DNA from: an uncultured Calditrichaceae bacterium
Lineage (GTDB): Bacteria; Calditrichota; Calditrichia; RBG-13-44-9; J075
Direction of reading: 5' to 3'
DNA length: 42,669 bases
Assembly: GCA_964416895.1 (NCBI GenBank)
Contig: CAYQGB010000003.1
Location: forward strand, 1-42,669
Below the pieces are notes generated by a model that was not told the origin of the DNA, did no database searches, and saw only the letters and a program-made list of their open reading frames with translations. Both the position numbers and the translations under genes were made by a program. Of the stretch, positions 23,342 through 32,097 are shown piece by piece. Position 1 is the stretch's first letter. Every line of letters starts with the position of its first letter.

Positions 23342-24076
23342 TTACAGGTCCAGTATCGCCTGGGAATACTCCTCCATGGGAACTACCACCGTGGTTCCGG
23401 TAACCGGGGCCCGGGCGGCCTGAGTATCCCCAAACTGTTTTCGCAGTTCTTTGCGAAACTCTTTGAAAAAGCGGTGGAACAGTTCCGGCCCCAGCACTCC
23501 CACCGCCCACAGGGTATCGTCTCCCCGATGTTCCAGAACGATGGCCGCCAGGGGCTGTTGGGCTTCCCCGGCAAGGTTTTTGGCCCCCACCGCCGGATCG
23601 TACACCGAGTTATGGGCTGCACACACGATAACCCCGCCTCGTGAAAAAGCGGTGGTGTTGCCGGAACGGGGCACATACCGGAGAAAGCTGACATCCTTCC
23701 GAATGTAGGAGAGTTGATGGGCGCAGATGCCCGAATAAGCCACCACCGTGCCCTCCTTGCCGGCGCCGTTTCGCCAGAGATACTCCTCCCCATCTTCGGA
23801 GCGCAGCCGTACCTCCCCCACCGCCGGTTCCGGTAAATTGATCAGGATGCAGGGAGTGGAAATATAGGGATAGTTGAACACGTAATTCTGCTCTTTCTTC
23901 AGTTTTCCGGCGCGAATGGGATTGCCCTGCGCATCTACCAGTTGCACGATCTCATACGGATGAAACATGGGGCCTTCCCCCACCGGGGTATACAGCACCT
24001 TCCGAACACAGGAAGGGCTGATCGCCACCGCCGTTAATCCGGCGCCAACCAGCTTGAGGAAATTCCGTCGGTTCAT
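23342..24076 (-). CDS. Tat-exported Rieske-type [2Fe-2S] protein
   Basis: MNRRNFLKLVGAG Tat signal. CAH ... CAAHNSVYD resembles the Rieske boxes CxH and CxxHGSxFD, without the disulfide cysteines and with a longer spacer than classic Rieske proteins. Confidence 0.7.
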   Translation of the reverse strand: MNRRNFLKLVGAGLTAVAISPSCVRKVLYTPVGEGPMFHPYEIVQLVDAQGNPIRAGKLKKEQNYVFNYPYISTPCILINLPEPAVGEVRLRSEDGEEYLWRNGAGKEGTVVAYSGICAHQLSYIRKDVSFLRYVPRSGNTTAFSRGGVIVCAAHNSVYDPAVGAKNLAGEAQQPLAAIVLEHRGDDTLWAVGVLGPELFHRFFKEFRKELRKQFGDTQAARAPVTGTTVVVPMEEYSQAILDL

Positions 24077-24182
24077 AGGCGCATACTCGTTTCCGGTTTA
24101 TCTTTATTCCCCATACAAAAAAGGAGGTGTGGAAAGGACTGCCCCTCCCCACACCTCTGGTCCAGCCCATCCAGGCCCAACC

Positions 24183-25532
24183 TCAGGTCAGCATGTCCCG
24201 ATACAGCCCTTTGGCCCATTCCAGCAATGCCTGACCGGCCTGAGTGCCCTTGTCCGTGTCCCAGAGTTCCATGGTGCTGGCGTTGGCGAACTGGAATTGC
24301 CCCTTTTCTTTGTTGTAGGCGTATCCGGCCTGCACTTTAATCGCCCGCAGCGGCTCTCCGGCAACCGCTGAATAGCATATCGTGGTGGGCGATTCCCAAG
24401 GGGTTTCCTTCCCGGCGATGCGGTTGGCGATCACTTTGGCCACGAACTTGCCTTCCGAGTTGGCCGTGTTGCCGCTCTTGCTGAAGGCCATGGGGCGGGC
24501 ATCTCCGGCGATAAAGACGTGCTCATCGTCCACCGCCTGATAGGTGAACACGTCGATGTTGGCCTCGCCTTTGTTGATCCCGTCTTTAGCCAGCCCCACC
24601 TGCTCCACCAGTTTGGCGCCTCGCACCCGGGGATAGATGGCCGCATCGGCAAATTGGATCTGGTCGCCCAGTTCCGTTTCCACCACTTTCTTATCCAGAT
24701 CGATCTTGACGATGGGGCTGCTGGGATAGTATTCCACGTAATCCTTGTACAGCTCATCAAACGCCGAGTGGAAGCCGTCTTTCTTGATGGTGATGTCCGG
24801 GTTTTCATCCAGCAGAACCACCTTTCCGGGAATCCCTTCCCGCTTGAAATAGTCGGCGATCATGCAGGTGCGCTCATACGGCGCCGGCAGACAGCGGTAG
24901 TTCCCGCCGGGGCAGGTGAGCAGGAAGATCCCTTTCTCGAAGGCTTCCACCTTTTCCTTCAGGTAAAGGTGTTCCCCCATGGGAATAAATCCACCGGGAT
25001 ATTCCTGACGCAGGCGGGCCTCGGTTTCGGTGTCATCGCCCACCAGGCGGGAATAGTCATAGTCGATCCCCGGCGCCAGCACCAGATAGTCGTAGTTCAC
25101 CGTCCCTTCGGTGGTGTGCACGATCCGTTTGGCCCGATCCACATCCACCACCCAGGCGTTGAGATAGTAGTACTTGTTGTTCACCGCCGGGCGATGGAAG
25201 CTGTGCATCAGAAAATCCAGGTTCAGCAACCCGGAAACCCACAGATTGCTCACCGGGCTGGACATAAATCCGGAGCGCTTGTCAATCAGAACCACGTCGA
25301 TGCCGGCGTTGTACTTCTTGAGATACTTGGCGATGGTCAGCCCGGACCACCCCGCACCGACAATGACCACCCGGGGGCCGTTGGGTTTGGGAATCGGCGC
25401 CGCCGTGGCGGGGATCAAATTCAGATATTTGCCCGACAGTCCGGTGGCTGCCTGCCCTCGACCCCAGCTCAATAGCGCACCCAGCCCTCCCACTCCGGTG
25501 AGCTTCAGAAAATCCCGTCGCTTGAGGCTCAT
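24183..25532 (-). CDS. Tat-exported FAD-dependent sulfide dehydrogenase flavoprotein-like (FccB/SoxF-like)
   Basis: MSLKRRDFLKLTG Tat signal. VVIVGAGWSGLTIAKYLK dinucleotide fold. Length and overall pattern match the flavocytochrome c sulfide dehydrogenase flavoprotein family. Confidence 0.8.
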   Translation of the reverse strand: MSLKRRDFLKLTGVGGLGALLSWGRGQAATGLSGKYLNLIPATAAPIPKPNGPRVVIVGAGWSGLTIAKYLKKYNAGIDVVLIDKRSGFMSSPVSNLWVSGLLNLDFLMHSFHRPAVNNKYYYLNAWVVDVDRAKRIVHTTEGTVNYDYLVLAPGIDYDYSRLVGDDTETEARLRQEYPGGFIPMGEHLYLKEKVEAFEKGIFLLTCPGGNYRCLPAPYERTCMIADYFKREGIPGKVVLLDENPDITIKKDGFHSAFDELYKDYVEYYPSSPIVKIDLDKKVVETELGDQIQFADAAIYPRVRGAKLVEQVGLAKDGINKGEANIDVFTYQAVDDEHVFIAGDARPMAFSKSGNTANSEGKFVAKVIANRIAGKETPWESPTTICYSAVAGEPLRAIKVQAGYAYNKEKGQFQFANASTMELWDTDKGTQAGQALLEWAKGLYRDMLT

Positions 25533-25615
25533 AACGTACCTCCATCGGTTAAATGTGAAACGGCGTAACAGTTGAAAAACCCCTCTCCGCTTCCTGGCCT
25601 GATCCTGTAAGGTGA

Positions 25616-26809
25616 TTACATCAGGGTAAAGATGCGTTTAACCTCATTCCAGGTGATGAGCAGACTGAACAGCCCTAAGCCTCCCAGAGTGATCAGCAGG
25701 GCGGCCTTCCAGCCGACCAGGTCGGGGAAAAACACCGGCTCGCCCAGCTTTGCCATCAACTCGTTTTGCATCAGCCAGTGATTGAACAGCGCTCCCACCA
25801 CGGCAAAGGCCAGCAGCGCCACCCCCAACCGGAGGTGCCCTTCGCCCAATCGCCACAGGGAACCGGAAGCGCACCCGCCGGTCAAAGACATGCCGAACCC
25901 GAAGATTACCCCTCCCAGGAGGCCTCCCATCCAGAAGGTGCCCCGAACCCCGTCCAGCAGACGATCCTCCAGCGTTTCGATGGAAGCCCACTTGATCACC
26001 GAAAACCCGATCACCCCGATCATCAATCCCAGGATGACCCCCCGGGTCATGCTGCCTTCGCCGGTGAGAAAGGGTTCCCGGAAGGCCTTCACAAAGCAGA
26101 ACCGGGAGCGTTGATTGACCAGGCCCAGGAAAACCCCGAACAGCAGAAAGACCCCCGCTTTGGGATAATGTAGCCGGTCGTACAAAAAGCTAAGCCCCAG
26201 AGCGAGCAGCGCCAGAATCCCCCCGACGACCGGCTGCCAGCTACGGGGAGAGGAGGGATTGCCCGCCGGGGCGGCTGCCGGAGAAGCGCCGATCCAGCGC
26301 AAAGGCAGATGTTCGGTCTCCCACAGCAGGTAGCGGATTCCCAGGTAGGCGCCCACCGCCAGGCCTCCCATCATGGCCACCCCGCCCAGGGAGAGGGCGC
26401 TGACGGCGCTGAAAAATCCCCCGATGTTGCAGCCCAGAGAAAGATTGGCGCCGATGCCCATAAAAGCGCCTCCCACCACCGCTTTGAACATCTCCCAGGG
26501 AGGCGAGGAACGAAAACCGAACTGCCGGGAAAATAAGGCGGCAATCGCGGCGCCCAGAACCAGGCTCAGGTTCAGAATCGAATTGGGATAGAGCAGCAGG
26601 GGAAAGATGTCCCGCTCCTCCCCGTAAAATCCCACCCAATTCAGTAGATGTTGCCCCCAGTTCAACACCCCTAAAAAAGTTGTCCAGGGTTCCGCATAAG
26701 CGAACAGGAGCACGTTGGTCATGCCCAGGAGCAAACCACCGATCCAGGGCGCCCAGGGATTATTCCCAAAAACTTTCGCATACCGGTCGGAGAACACTTG
26801 ACGAAGCAT
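25616..26809 (-). CDS. yeeE: YeeE/YedE family sulfur-compound (thiosulfate) transporter
   Basis: Polytopic membrane protein with two repeated halves, each carrying the GGCxxG-type motif (LSLGCNIGG, LTGGCASGS). Confidence 0.85.
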   Translation of the reverse strand: MLRQVFSDRYAKVFGNNPWAPWIGGLLLGMTNVLLFAYAEPWTTFLGVLNWGQHLLNWVGFYGEERDIFPLLLYPNSILNLSLVLGAAIAALFSRQFGFRSSPPWEMFKAVVGGAFMGIGANLSLGCNIGGFFSAVSALSLGGVAMMGGLAVGAYLGIRYLLWETEHLPLRWIGASPAAAPAGNPSSPRSWQPVVGGILALLALGLSFLYDRLHYPKAGVFLLFGVFLGLVNQRSRFCFVKAFREPFLTGEGSMTRGVILGLMIGVIGFSVIKWASIETLEDRLLDGVRGTFWMGGLLGGVIFGFGMSLTGGCASGSLWRLGEGHLRLGVALLAFAVVGALFNHWLMQNELMAKLGEPVFFPDLVGWKAALLITLGGLGLFSLLITWNEVKRIFTLM

Positions 26810-27050
26810 GGAGATACATCCTCAACTTAACGGTGCGCGCAGTCTCGGACGGGAAAGCCTAAGCAGATAAGGGTATCGCTAAAAAAATGGGTTTATGGAC
26901 ACGAGGATAAACGGATTGTACGGTCGAGAACACCGCAGGCCTCTCCTTGTTGAAGAAAGAATCTTTTCCAAAAATCATACCAGTTAGGGGCTATTGTGGA
27001 AAGGGCCTCTCCTTCAGGCCGCGTATAAGCGCAAATTTTAGCCGTTTTGC

Positions 27051-27240
27051 CGGTATAGGTGGTCTCCTTTTTGAGTGTTGTTGCTCGGGAATTGAGAGCA
27101 TTGCTTTGTCATACTGAGCCTGTCGAAGTATGACAAAAACCGCTAAATAGTTGTCACCCTTCGACAAGCTCAGGGTGACACAAGACAGCTAAAACATGAG
27201 CAACACTCCTCAAGGAAACTACCGCCGGTATATTGGCGGG
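27051..27240. mobile_element. REP/MITE-like nested palindromic element, same hairpin family as 14559-14850
   Basis: GTCATAC-tgagcctgtcgaa-GTATGAC (27107-27137) and GTCACCC-ttcgacaagctca-GGGTGAC (27151-27183). Imperfect outer inverted repeat ggtctcctttttgagtgttgttgctc / gagcaacactcctcaaggaaactacc. Confidence 0.6.
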
Positions 27241-27259
27241 TAAAAACGTTGAAGAGGAA

Positions 27260-27309
27260 CTGTGCCGTTTGGCACAGTTGTGAGGGTGGAGTTGTGCCAA
27301 ACGGCACAG
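27260..27309. repeat. pair of reverse-complementary 18-bp hairpin sites after the regulator gene
   Basis: ctgtgccgtttggcacag and tgtgccaaacggcacag. Each is self-complementary (stem CTGTGCC/GGCACAG). Confidence 0.6.
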
Positions 27310-27319
27310 CAGGGGAAGG

Positions 27320-28672
27320 TTACAGGAGATGAAACTTCTTCATCCGGGTGCGCAACTGCTTGCGAGAAATGCCCAGCAGTTCCGCGGCTTTGCTCTGGTT
27401 CCAGTTGGTTTTTTCCAGAGCTTTCAGGATGGCGGTTCGTTCCAGGGTGGGGAGGTGGAGGGTTTCCGGTTCGGAGGTGGGGGCAGGGGAGGGGGCCTCG
27501 GCCAGCTTTTGCAAATTGGCGGGGAGGTTATCCACCACGATGGTGTTGTATCGGCTCATTACCACGGCGCGCTCCACGGTGTTGCGTAACTCCCGCACAT
27601 TGCCCGGCCAGTGGTAGCGCAGCAGCAGTTCCTCCACCGCCCGGTCAAATCCATGAAGGGATTTCTGATTTTCCCGGGCGAATTTCTGAAGAAAGTGATG
27701 GGCCAGAGGCAAAATGTCTTCCGGGCGTTCCCGCAGGGGGGGCAACTGAATGGAGATGACGTTGAGCCGGTAGTACAGGTCTTCCCGAAAAGTGCCCTGT
27801 TGCACGGCCTGTTCCAGATGCTTGTTGGTGGCGGCGATTAACCGGCACTTCACCGAGACCGGGCGATTGCCGCCGATGCGGAAGAACGAGCGCTCCTGCA
27901 GCACTCGCAGCAGTTTGACCTGGAGCAGTTTGGGCAATTCCCCGATTTCATCCAGAAACAGGGTGCCCTCCTGAGCCAGCTCCAGCTTGCCGATGGAGGT
28001 CTGATAAGCGCCGGTATAAGCCCCTTTCTCGTGGCCGAACAGCTCGTTTTCCATCAGTTCGTGGGGAATGGCTCCACAGTCCAGAGGAATGAACGGCGCT
28101 TCCCGCCGGGGGGAAAACTGGTGGATGGCCCGGGCGATCAGTTCTTTGCCCGTGCCGGATTCGCCGGAGATGAGCACCGTGGACGAGGCCTGGCTGACCA
28201 GCCGAACCATCTCCATAACCCGGCGCATGGCCTCACTTCGGGCGATGATCCCCGCCGTCCGGGCAGCCTGTTGCCAGGAATCCACCGGCTCGGTTTCCGC
28301 CTCTCCCTGCGCCCGTTGCAGGGTGTGCTCGATGATCATCACCACCTCGTCGTGATCCAGAGGCTTGGTCAGATAGTTGGTGGCCCCGGCGCGCATGGCC
28401 TCCACCGCATGTTCGATGTTGCCGTAGGCGGTGATCATCAGAATGGGAATAACCGGATTCACCGCCCGAATTTTTTTCAACAGGGTCAGCCCGTCGGTGC
28501 CTTTGAGCCTGTAATCGGTGATGATCAGGTCGATGTGCAGCTCGCGGGTAAAGTACGTCCAGGCCTCTTCGGCGCTCTGGGCGGTGAGCACCTGAAAGCC
28601 GTGATGGCTCAGGTTGGCCTTCATCACTTTGAGGATATTTTTCTCGTCATCTACGATGAGGATGGTGCACAT
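27320..28672 (-). CDS. sigma-54-dependent response regulator (REC-AAA+-Fis HTH, NtrC family)
   Basis: REC domain (ILIVDDE...), Walker [15 protein letters not shown] variant of the GAFTGA loop, and C-terminal [19 protein letters not shown]. Confidence 0.93.
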   Translation of the reverse strand: MCTILIVDDEKNILKVMKANLSHHGFQVLTAQSAEEAWTYFTRELHIDLIITDYRLKGTDGLTLLKKIRAVNPVIPILMITAYGNIEHAVEAMRAGATNYLTKPLDHDEVVMIIEHTLQRAQGEAETEPVDSWQQAARTAGIIARSEAMRRVMEMVRLVSQASSTVLISGESGTGKELIARAIHQFSPRREAPFIPLDCGAIPHELMENELFGHEKGAYTGAYQTSIGKLELAQEGTLFLDEIGELPKLLQVKLLRVLQERSFFRIGGNRPVSVKCRLIAATNKHLEQAVQQGTFREDLYYRLNVISIQLPPLRERPEDILPLAHHFLQKFARENQKSLHGFDRAVEELLLRYHWPGNVRELRNTVERAVVMSRYNTIVVDNLPANLQKLAEAPSPAPTSEPETLHLPTLERTAILKALEKTNWNQSKAAELLGISRKQLRTRMKKFHLL

Positions 28673-30177
28673 GGCTCAGGCCTCGATTGGAGCCGATGTT
28701 CGGTTTTGAGTGCATTGTCCGGAGCTACCGGGAGGGAAAAGGCCACCCGGGTGCCCTCTCCGGGATGGCTGGTTATGGTAATTTTGCCATGATGCCGCTG
28801 CACGATCTTCTGGGCCACCGCCAGCCCCAGGCCGGTACCCCCGGGTTTATCGGTATAAAAGGGCTTGAAGGCTTTTTCCACCTGTTCCGGGGACATGCCC
28901 ACGCCGTTATCGGCCACCTCGATGATCACCTGCGCACCCTCCTGCCGGGCGGAAATGGTGATTTGCCCTTCCCCGGAAACCGCATCCACGGCATTGAGCA
29001 GCAAATTCAACAGCACCTGATTGATCTGAGGGGGATCGGCCAGCACCTGCACGCCTTCGGGGAGGTTCAACGACAGGCGTATTCCCTTTTCCGCCAGATC
29101 CGGCTTCAACAGCTCCACCGATTTGCAGATCAGGGGTTGTAGCTCGCAGGGGGTCAGTTGCACCTCGATCGGTCGGGCGTATTCCAGCAAGCTGGTAACC
29201 ATGTTGTTGAGATTGGTCACGGAGTCTTCGATGACCCCGGTATATTCCGCTACCAGAGCGTTTTTCACCGTCTTGCGCAGATAGCCGGTAGCTCCCCGGA
29301 TGGAATATAAGGCGTTGCGGATTTCGTGGGCAACCTTCATGGCCACTTCCCCCAGGGCGGCCATGGTGTGCATCATCTGTTTTTCCTCGGTCAGCTGTTC
29401 CAGTTCCCGGAGGTAATTCCGCAAACTGTGGGCCATGCGGCGGAATCCCTGGTGCAACTGTTCAATTTCATCGGCAGGGTTTGAAGTTCCGGCAAACGCC
29501 GGTTCCCCATCCGGTTGTACTTCTTCTTCTAACTGCTGCAATTCGTTGCGGAGATGCTGGATGGGGCGGGTCAGGCGATTGGCCACCAGAATCGCTCCGG
29601 CCACCCCGATGACGAACACAATGGCAAACAGCAGAAGCAATTTTTGCCCCACATGGAACATGTTGGCGCGAATATTCTCGGCGACTTTTTCCCGGTCAAA
29701 TTCCACCCGCAGCAGCCCCAGCAATTCGCCTTGTATTTCCAGCGGCGCCAGATAAACGCCTTCTTCCAGGAGGAAAATTCGAGGGAGGGAATCCCGGGCG
29801 GCCCGGGGGAGAAGCGGGGTTTCCTGAGCCAGTTCCTGATCAATTTCCCCCAGGCGCTCGATGGCGGAGGAAGCAATCACCCGGAAGTGTGGATCATACA
29901 CTTCGATGGAGGCGATGGAGTGCCCCACCAGGCTGTGAATGCGGTTCATCAGATACTGCAGATCCTGCACCAGCAGCGGTTCCAGGAAATCATCCCGCAG
30001 GGAGCCGGTGGTCTCCCGCTGGGTGGCGCGTATCTGATGCAGAAAATCATTGCGGTTGGCAGAAAGCACCACCGCCGAAACGGTAATGAAGATGACCGTG
30101 ATCAACAGAATGATGGACACCAGCAGCTTGGTGCGGATGGAAAAGGAATGATGAAATGTGTCGATCCAGCGTCGCAT
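28651..30177 (-). CDS. membrane sensor histidine kinase (periplasmic domain-HAMP-HisKA-HATPase)
   Basis: H-box AHEIRNALYSIRG, N-box LLNLLLNAVDA, G-boxes DNGVGM and GTGLGLAV. Two TM segments. Confidence 0.9.
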   Translation of the reverse strand: MRRWIDTFHHSFSIRTKLLVSIILLITVIFITVSAVVLSANRNDFLHQIRATQRETTGSLRDDFLEPLLVQDLQYLMNRIHSLVGHSIASIEVYDPHFRVIASSAIERLGEIDQELAQETPLLPRAARDSLPRIFLLEEGVYLAPLEIQGELLGLLRVEFDREKVAENIRANMFHVGQKLLLLFAIVFVIGVAGAILVANRLTRPIQHLRNELQQLEEEVQPDGEPAFAGTSNPADEIEQLHQGFRRMAHSLRNYLRELEQLTEEKQMMHTMAALGEVAMKVAHEIRNALYSIRGATGYLRKTVKNALVAEYTGVIEDSVTNLNNMVTSLLEYARPIEVQLTPCELQPLICKSVELLKPDLAEKGIRLSLNLPEGVQVLADPPQINQVLLNLLLNAVDAVSGEGQITISARQEGAQVIIEVADNGVGMSPEQVEKAFKPFYTDKPGGTGLGLAVAQKIVQRHHGKITITSHPGEGTRVAFSLPVAPDNALKTEHRLQSRPEPCAPSSS

Positions 30178-30254
30178 GGGTATATGCTTACCGGGAGTAG
30201 ATACGGGAATTTTTGAACCGGATCAAAATTCTTCTCGATAAAATGCTATCTTGA

Positions 30255-30571
30255 GTGATGCGTGATGCGTGATGCCCCGCCACGGCGGGGTGAAAAAACA
30301 ATCGTATATACATAAAAAATATCACGTTTCACGCATCACGTTTCACGAGGCAAAACCGACATTACCAGAGGTTCCGCTTTTCTCAAAACGCGACTAAACA
30401 TCCACCGTAATTACGCTTCACGCATCACGTTTCACGAGGTAAAACCAACATCACCAGAGGTTGCGCTCTCCTCAAAACACGACTAAACATCCACCGTAAT
30501 TACGTTTCACGCATCACGTTTCACGAGGCAAAACCAGCATCACCAGAGGTTCCGCTTTCCTCAAAACACGA
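30255..30571. repeat. heptamer inverted arm plus 2.8 tandem copies of an 89-bp repeat
   Basis: gtgatgcgtgatgcgtgatgc (30255-30275), hairpin CCCCGCC-ac-GGCGGGG and an AT core. The unit acgtttcacgcatcacgtttcacgagg...ccaccgtaatt starts at 30324, 30413 and 30502 (period 89, about 8 mismatches per unit). The last copy supplies the final codons and stop of the upstream gene. Confidence 0.85.
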
Positions 30572-32084
30572 CCATGGAGACGCGGGAATGTACCACCACA
30601 TACCAGGGTTCTGCCTCCGGGCTGCGGGCCAGGATGCGAATTTGGGTGGTATCCACATCGTTTTCCAGTAATTTTAACACGCCGGCGCTTATCGCCCCGG
30701 CATCCACCTCCCCGCTGTATACCAGAAGCAACACCCGCTCGTGGGTGCCGGCTTCTTCCACCTGTAGTTCGTCCCACCGAACCCCCCGGGCCTGCATCAG
30801 GGGTCGTTGGGACCGATAGCCGCTGATCGACCACCGGGAAACCACCGCAACGCGGCGGCCACGCAAATCGCTCAGGTCGGAGATCGGCCCATCGGCGCGG
30901 GTGATCCATACGCCCCGGCGATTCGGAAATGGCGGTTGAGAGGCCGGTAGTACAAAGCGCTGCCGATACGGCGTTTCCCCTACGGCGTTCCACAGGGAGG
31001 CCGGGACCACCGCGATGTCGAACTTCCCCGCCCGAAGCTGCTCCAGGTAAGCCTCCGGAGATTCCGCGATTATCGGGAACAGCGGCATTGTCATCCGGCG
31101 GCTCCATCGGCGAAGCAGAGGATCGAACTGGCGAAGCAGGGCCGCGGGGGTGAAAAACGGGGGCAGCCCCACCCGCAAACCGGAGGCGGCTTCCGGCAGG
31201 GCCTCCTCGCCGGAGATCCCGCTGCGCAGCAACAGGCGCACGGTGTGGTAATCGCTGTCCTGCACCGCCACAAATCCATCGATGCTCTCCCCCAGAGGCT
31301 TCAGAATATCCCGATGGCGAAGGGTGTCCAGTTCCAGGAAGGCCTGTCGCAGGCGGAGGCGCATTTCCGGGGCAAGGTGGGCATGCACCGCGATGAGGTT
31401 GTTGGGAATGGGAAAGGATTCCCGGATCATCCGCAGGCCCCGGGAGAGATAGGCCCGGGCGGCCCGACGGGAGACGGCGGTGGCGTCATACAGCCGGGCC
31501 AGCACCGCATACAGAGCGCTCTCGTCGCTGCCCAGGCGGGCGACTTCCAGGAAGTCCCCCGGCAGAAAACCGGCGGATTGCAGCATCACCCGGGGCACCA
31601 GCCCGGAGGCGGCGCACTGATATTTCCCGTAAGCAAAGGTATGTTCCTTCAAATCCGCCAGCACCTGCATCGGGCTGTTCTCCCGCACGACCACCACGCT
31701 GGTGGTGGTGGTTTCCCCTTCCCGGCGAAGGGTTACCAGCGGCTCCACCGGGAATCTTGCCCGCAACCGGCAGTACAGCACCGGGCAGAGGAAGGCCACA
31801 TCCACCTGCCCCTGCTCGAACTTACGGCTTATCTCTTCCATGCTCCGGGGGATGGACAGCTTCAGGGCCGCGCCGGTGGAGTGTTCCAGATACCGCTTGA
31901 GGGGCAGGAAACGGCCGTACAGGGTTCGGGGAGATTCGATGGGAAGCAGGAGCACCTGCAGGGTGTCCCGGGCCGTCATCAGACCGGTGAGGCACAGGAG
32001 CATTACCGGGAACAGCCGACTGAAGCGGCTCCTTCCCGGTGGAGAATCTTTGCCCGGGGGATGTTGGCGGTGTTGCCGGATCAT
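30561..32084 (-). CDS. tandem PhnD-like (phosphonate-type) periplasmic substrate-binding protein
   Basis: Two repeats of the PhnD-like SBP pattern (e.g. LLLPIESPRTLYGRFLPLKRYLE...DVAFLCP and, in the second half, RAGKFDIAVVPA). N-terminal hydrophobic anchor. Directly upstream of the kinase gene. Confidence 0.7.
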   Translation of the reverse strand: MIRQHRQHPPGKDSPPGRSRFSRLFPVMLLCLTGLMTARDTLQVLLLPIESPRTLYGRFLPLKRYLEHSTGAALKLSIPRSMEEISRKFEQGQVDVAFLCPVLYCRLRARFPVEPLVTLRREGETTTTSVVVVRENSPMQVLADLKEHTFAYGKYQCAASGLVPRVMLQSAGFLPGDFLEVARLGSDESALYAVLARLYDATAVSRRAARAYLSRGLRMIRESFPIPNNLIAVHAHLAPEMRLRLRQAFLELDTLRHRDILKPLGESIDGFVAVQDSDYHTVRLLLRSGISGEEALPEAASGLRVGLPPFFTPAALLRQFDPLLRRWSRRMTMPLFPIIAESPEAYLEQLRAGKFDIAVVPASLWNAVGETPYRQRFVLPASQPPFPNRRGVWITRADGPISDLSDLRGRRVAVVSRWSISGYRSQRPLMQARGVRWDELQVEEAGTHERVLLLVYSGEVDAGAISAGVLKLLENDVDTTQIRILARSPEAEPWYVVVHSRVSMVVF

Positions 32085-32097
32085 GGCTGCTTCCGTA

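Noticed and set aside
26967-26982. Sigma-54-like sites TGGTATGATTTTTGGA upstream of yeeE, and TGGCAAAAGACCTGGA at 19082-19099 upstream of dsrE
   Set aside because: The -24 part is good, but the conserved -12 GC is GG in both. This is too weak to call without a matrix score or transcription start data.
27260-27309. TGGCAC hexamers in the paired hairpins as sigma-54 -24 elements
   Set aside because: On neither strand is there a TTGC element at the required spacing. On the plus strand TGGCAC is followed by agttgTGAGG, and on the minus strand by aactcCACCC. Kept only as an inverted repeat or possible terminator/binding site.
30255-30571. CRISPR array
   Set aside because: The units are 89-bp contiguous tandem repeats with no unique spacers between them, and no cas genes are present in the window.
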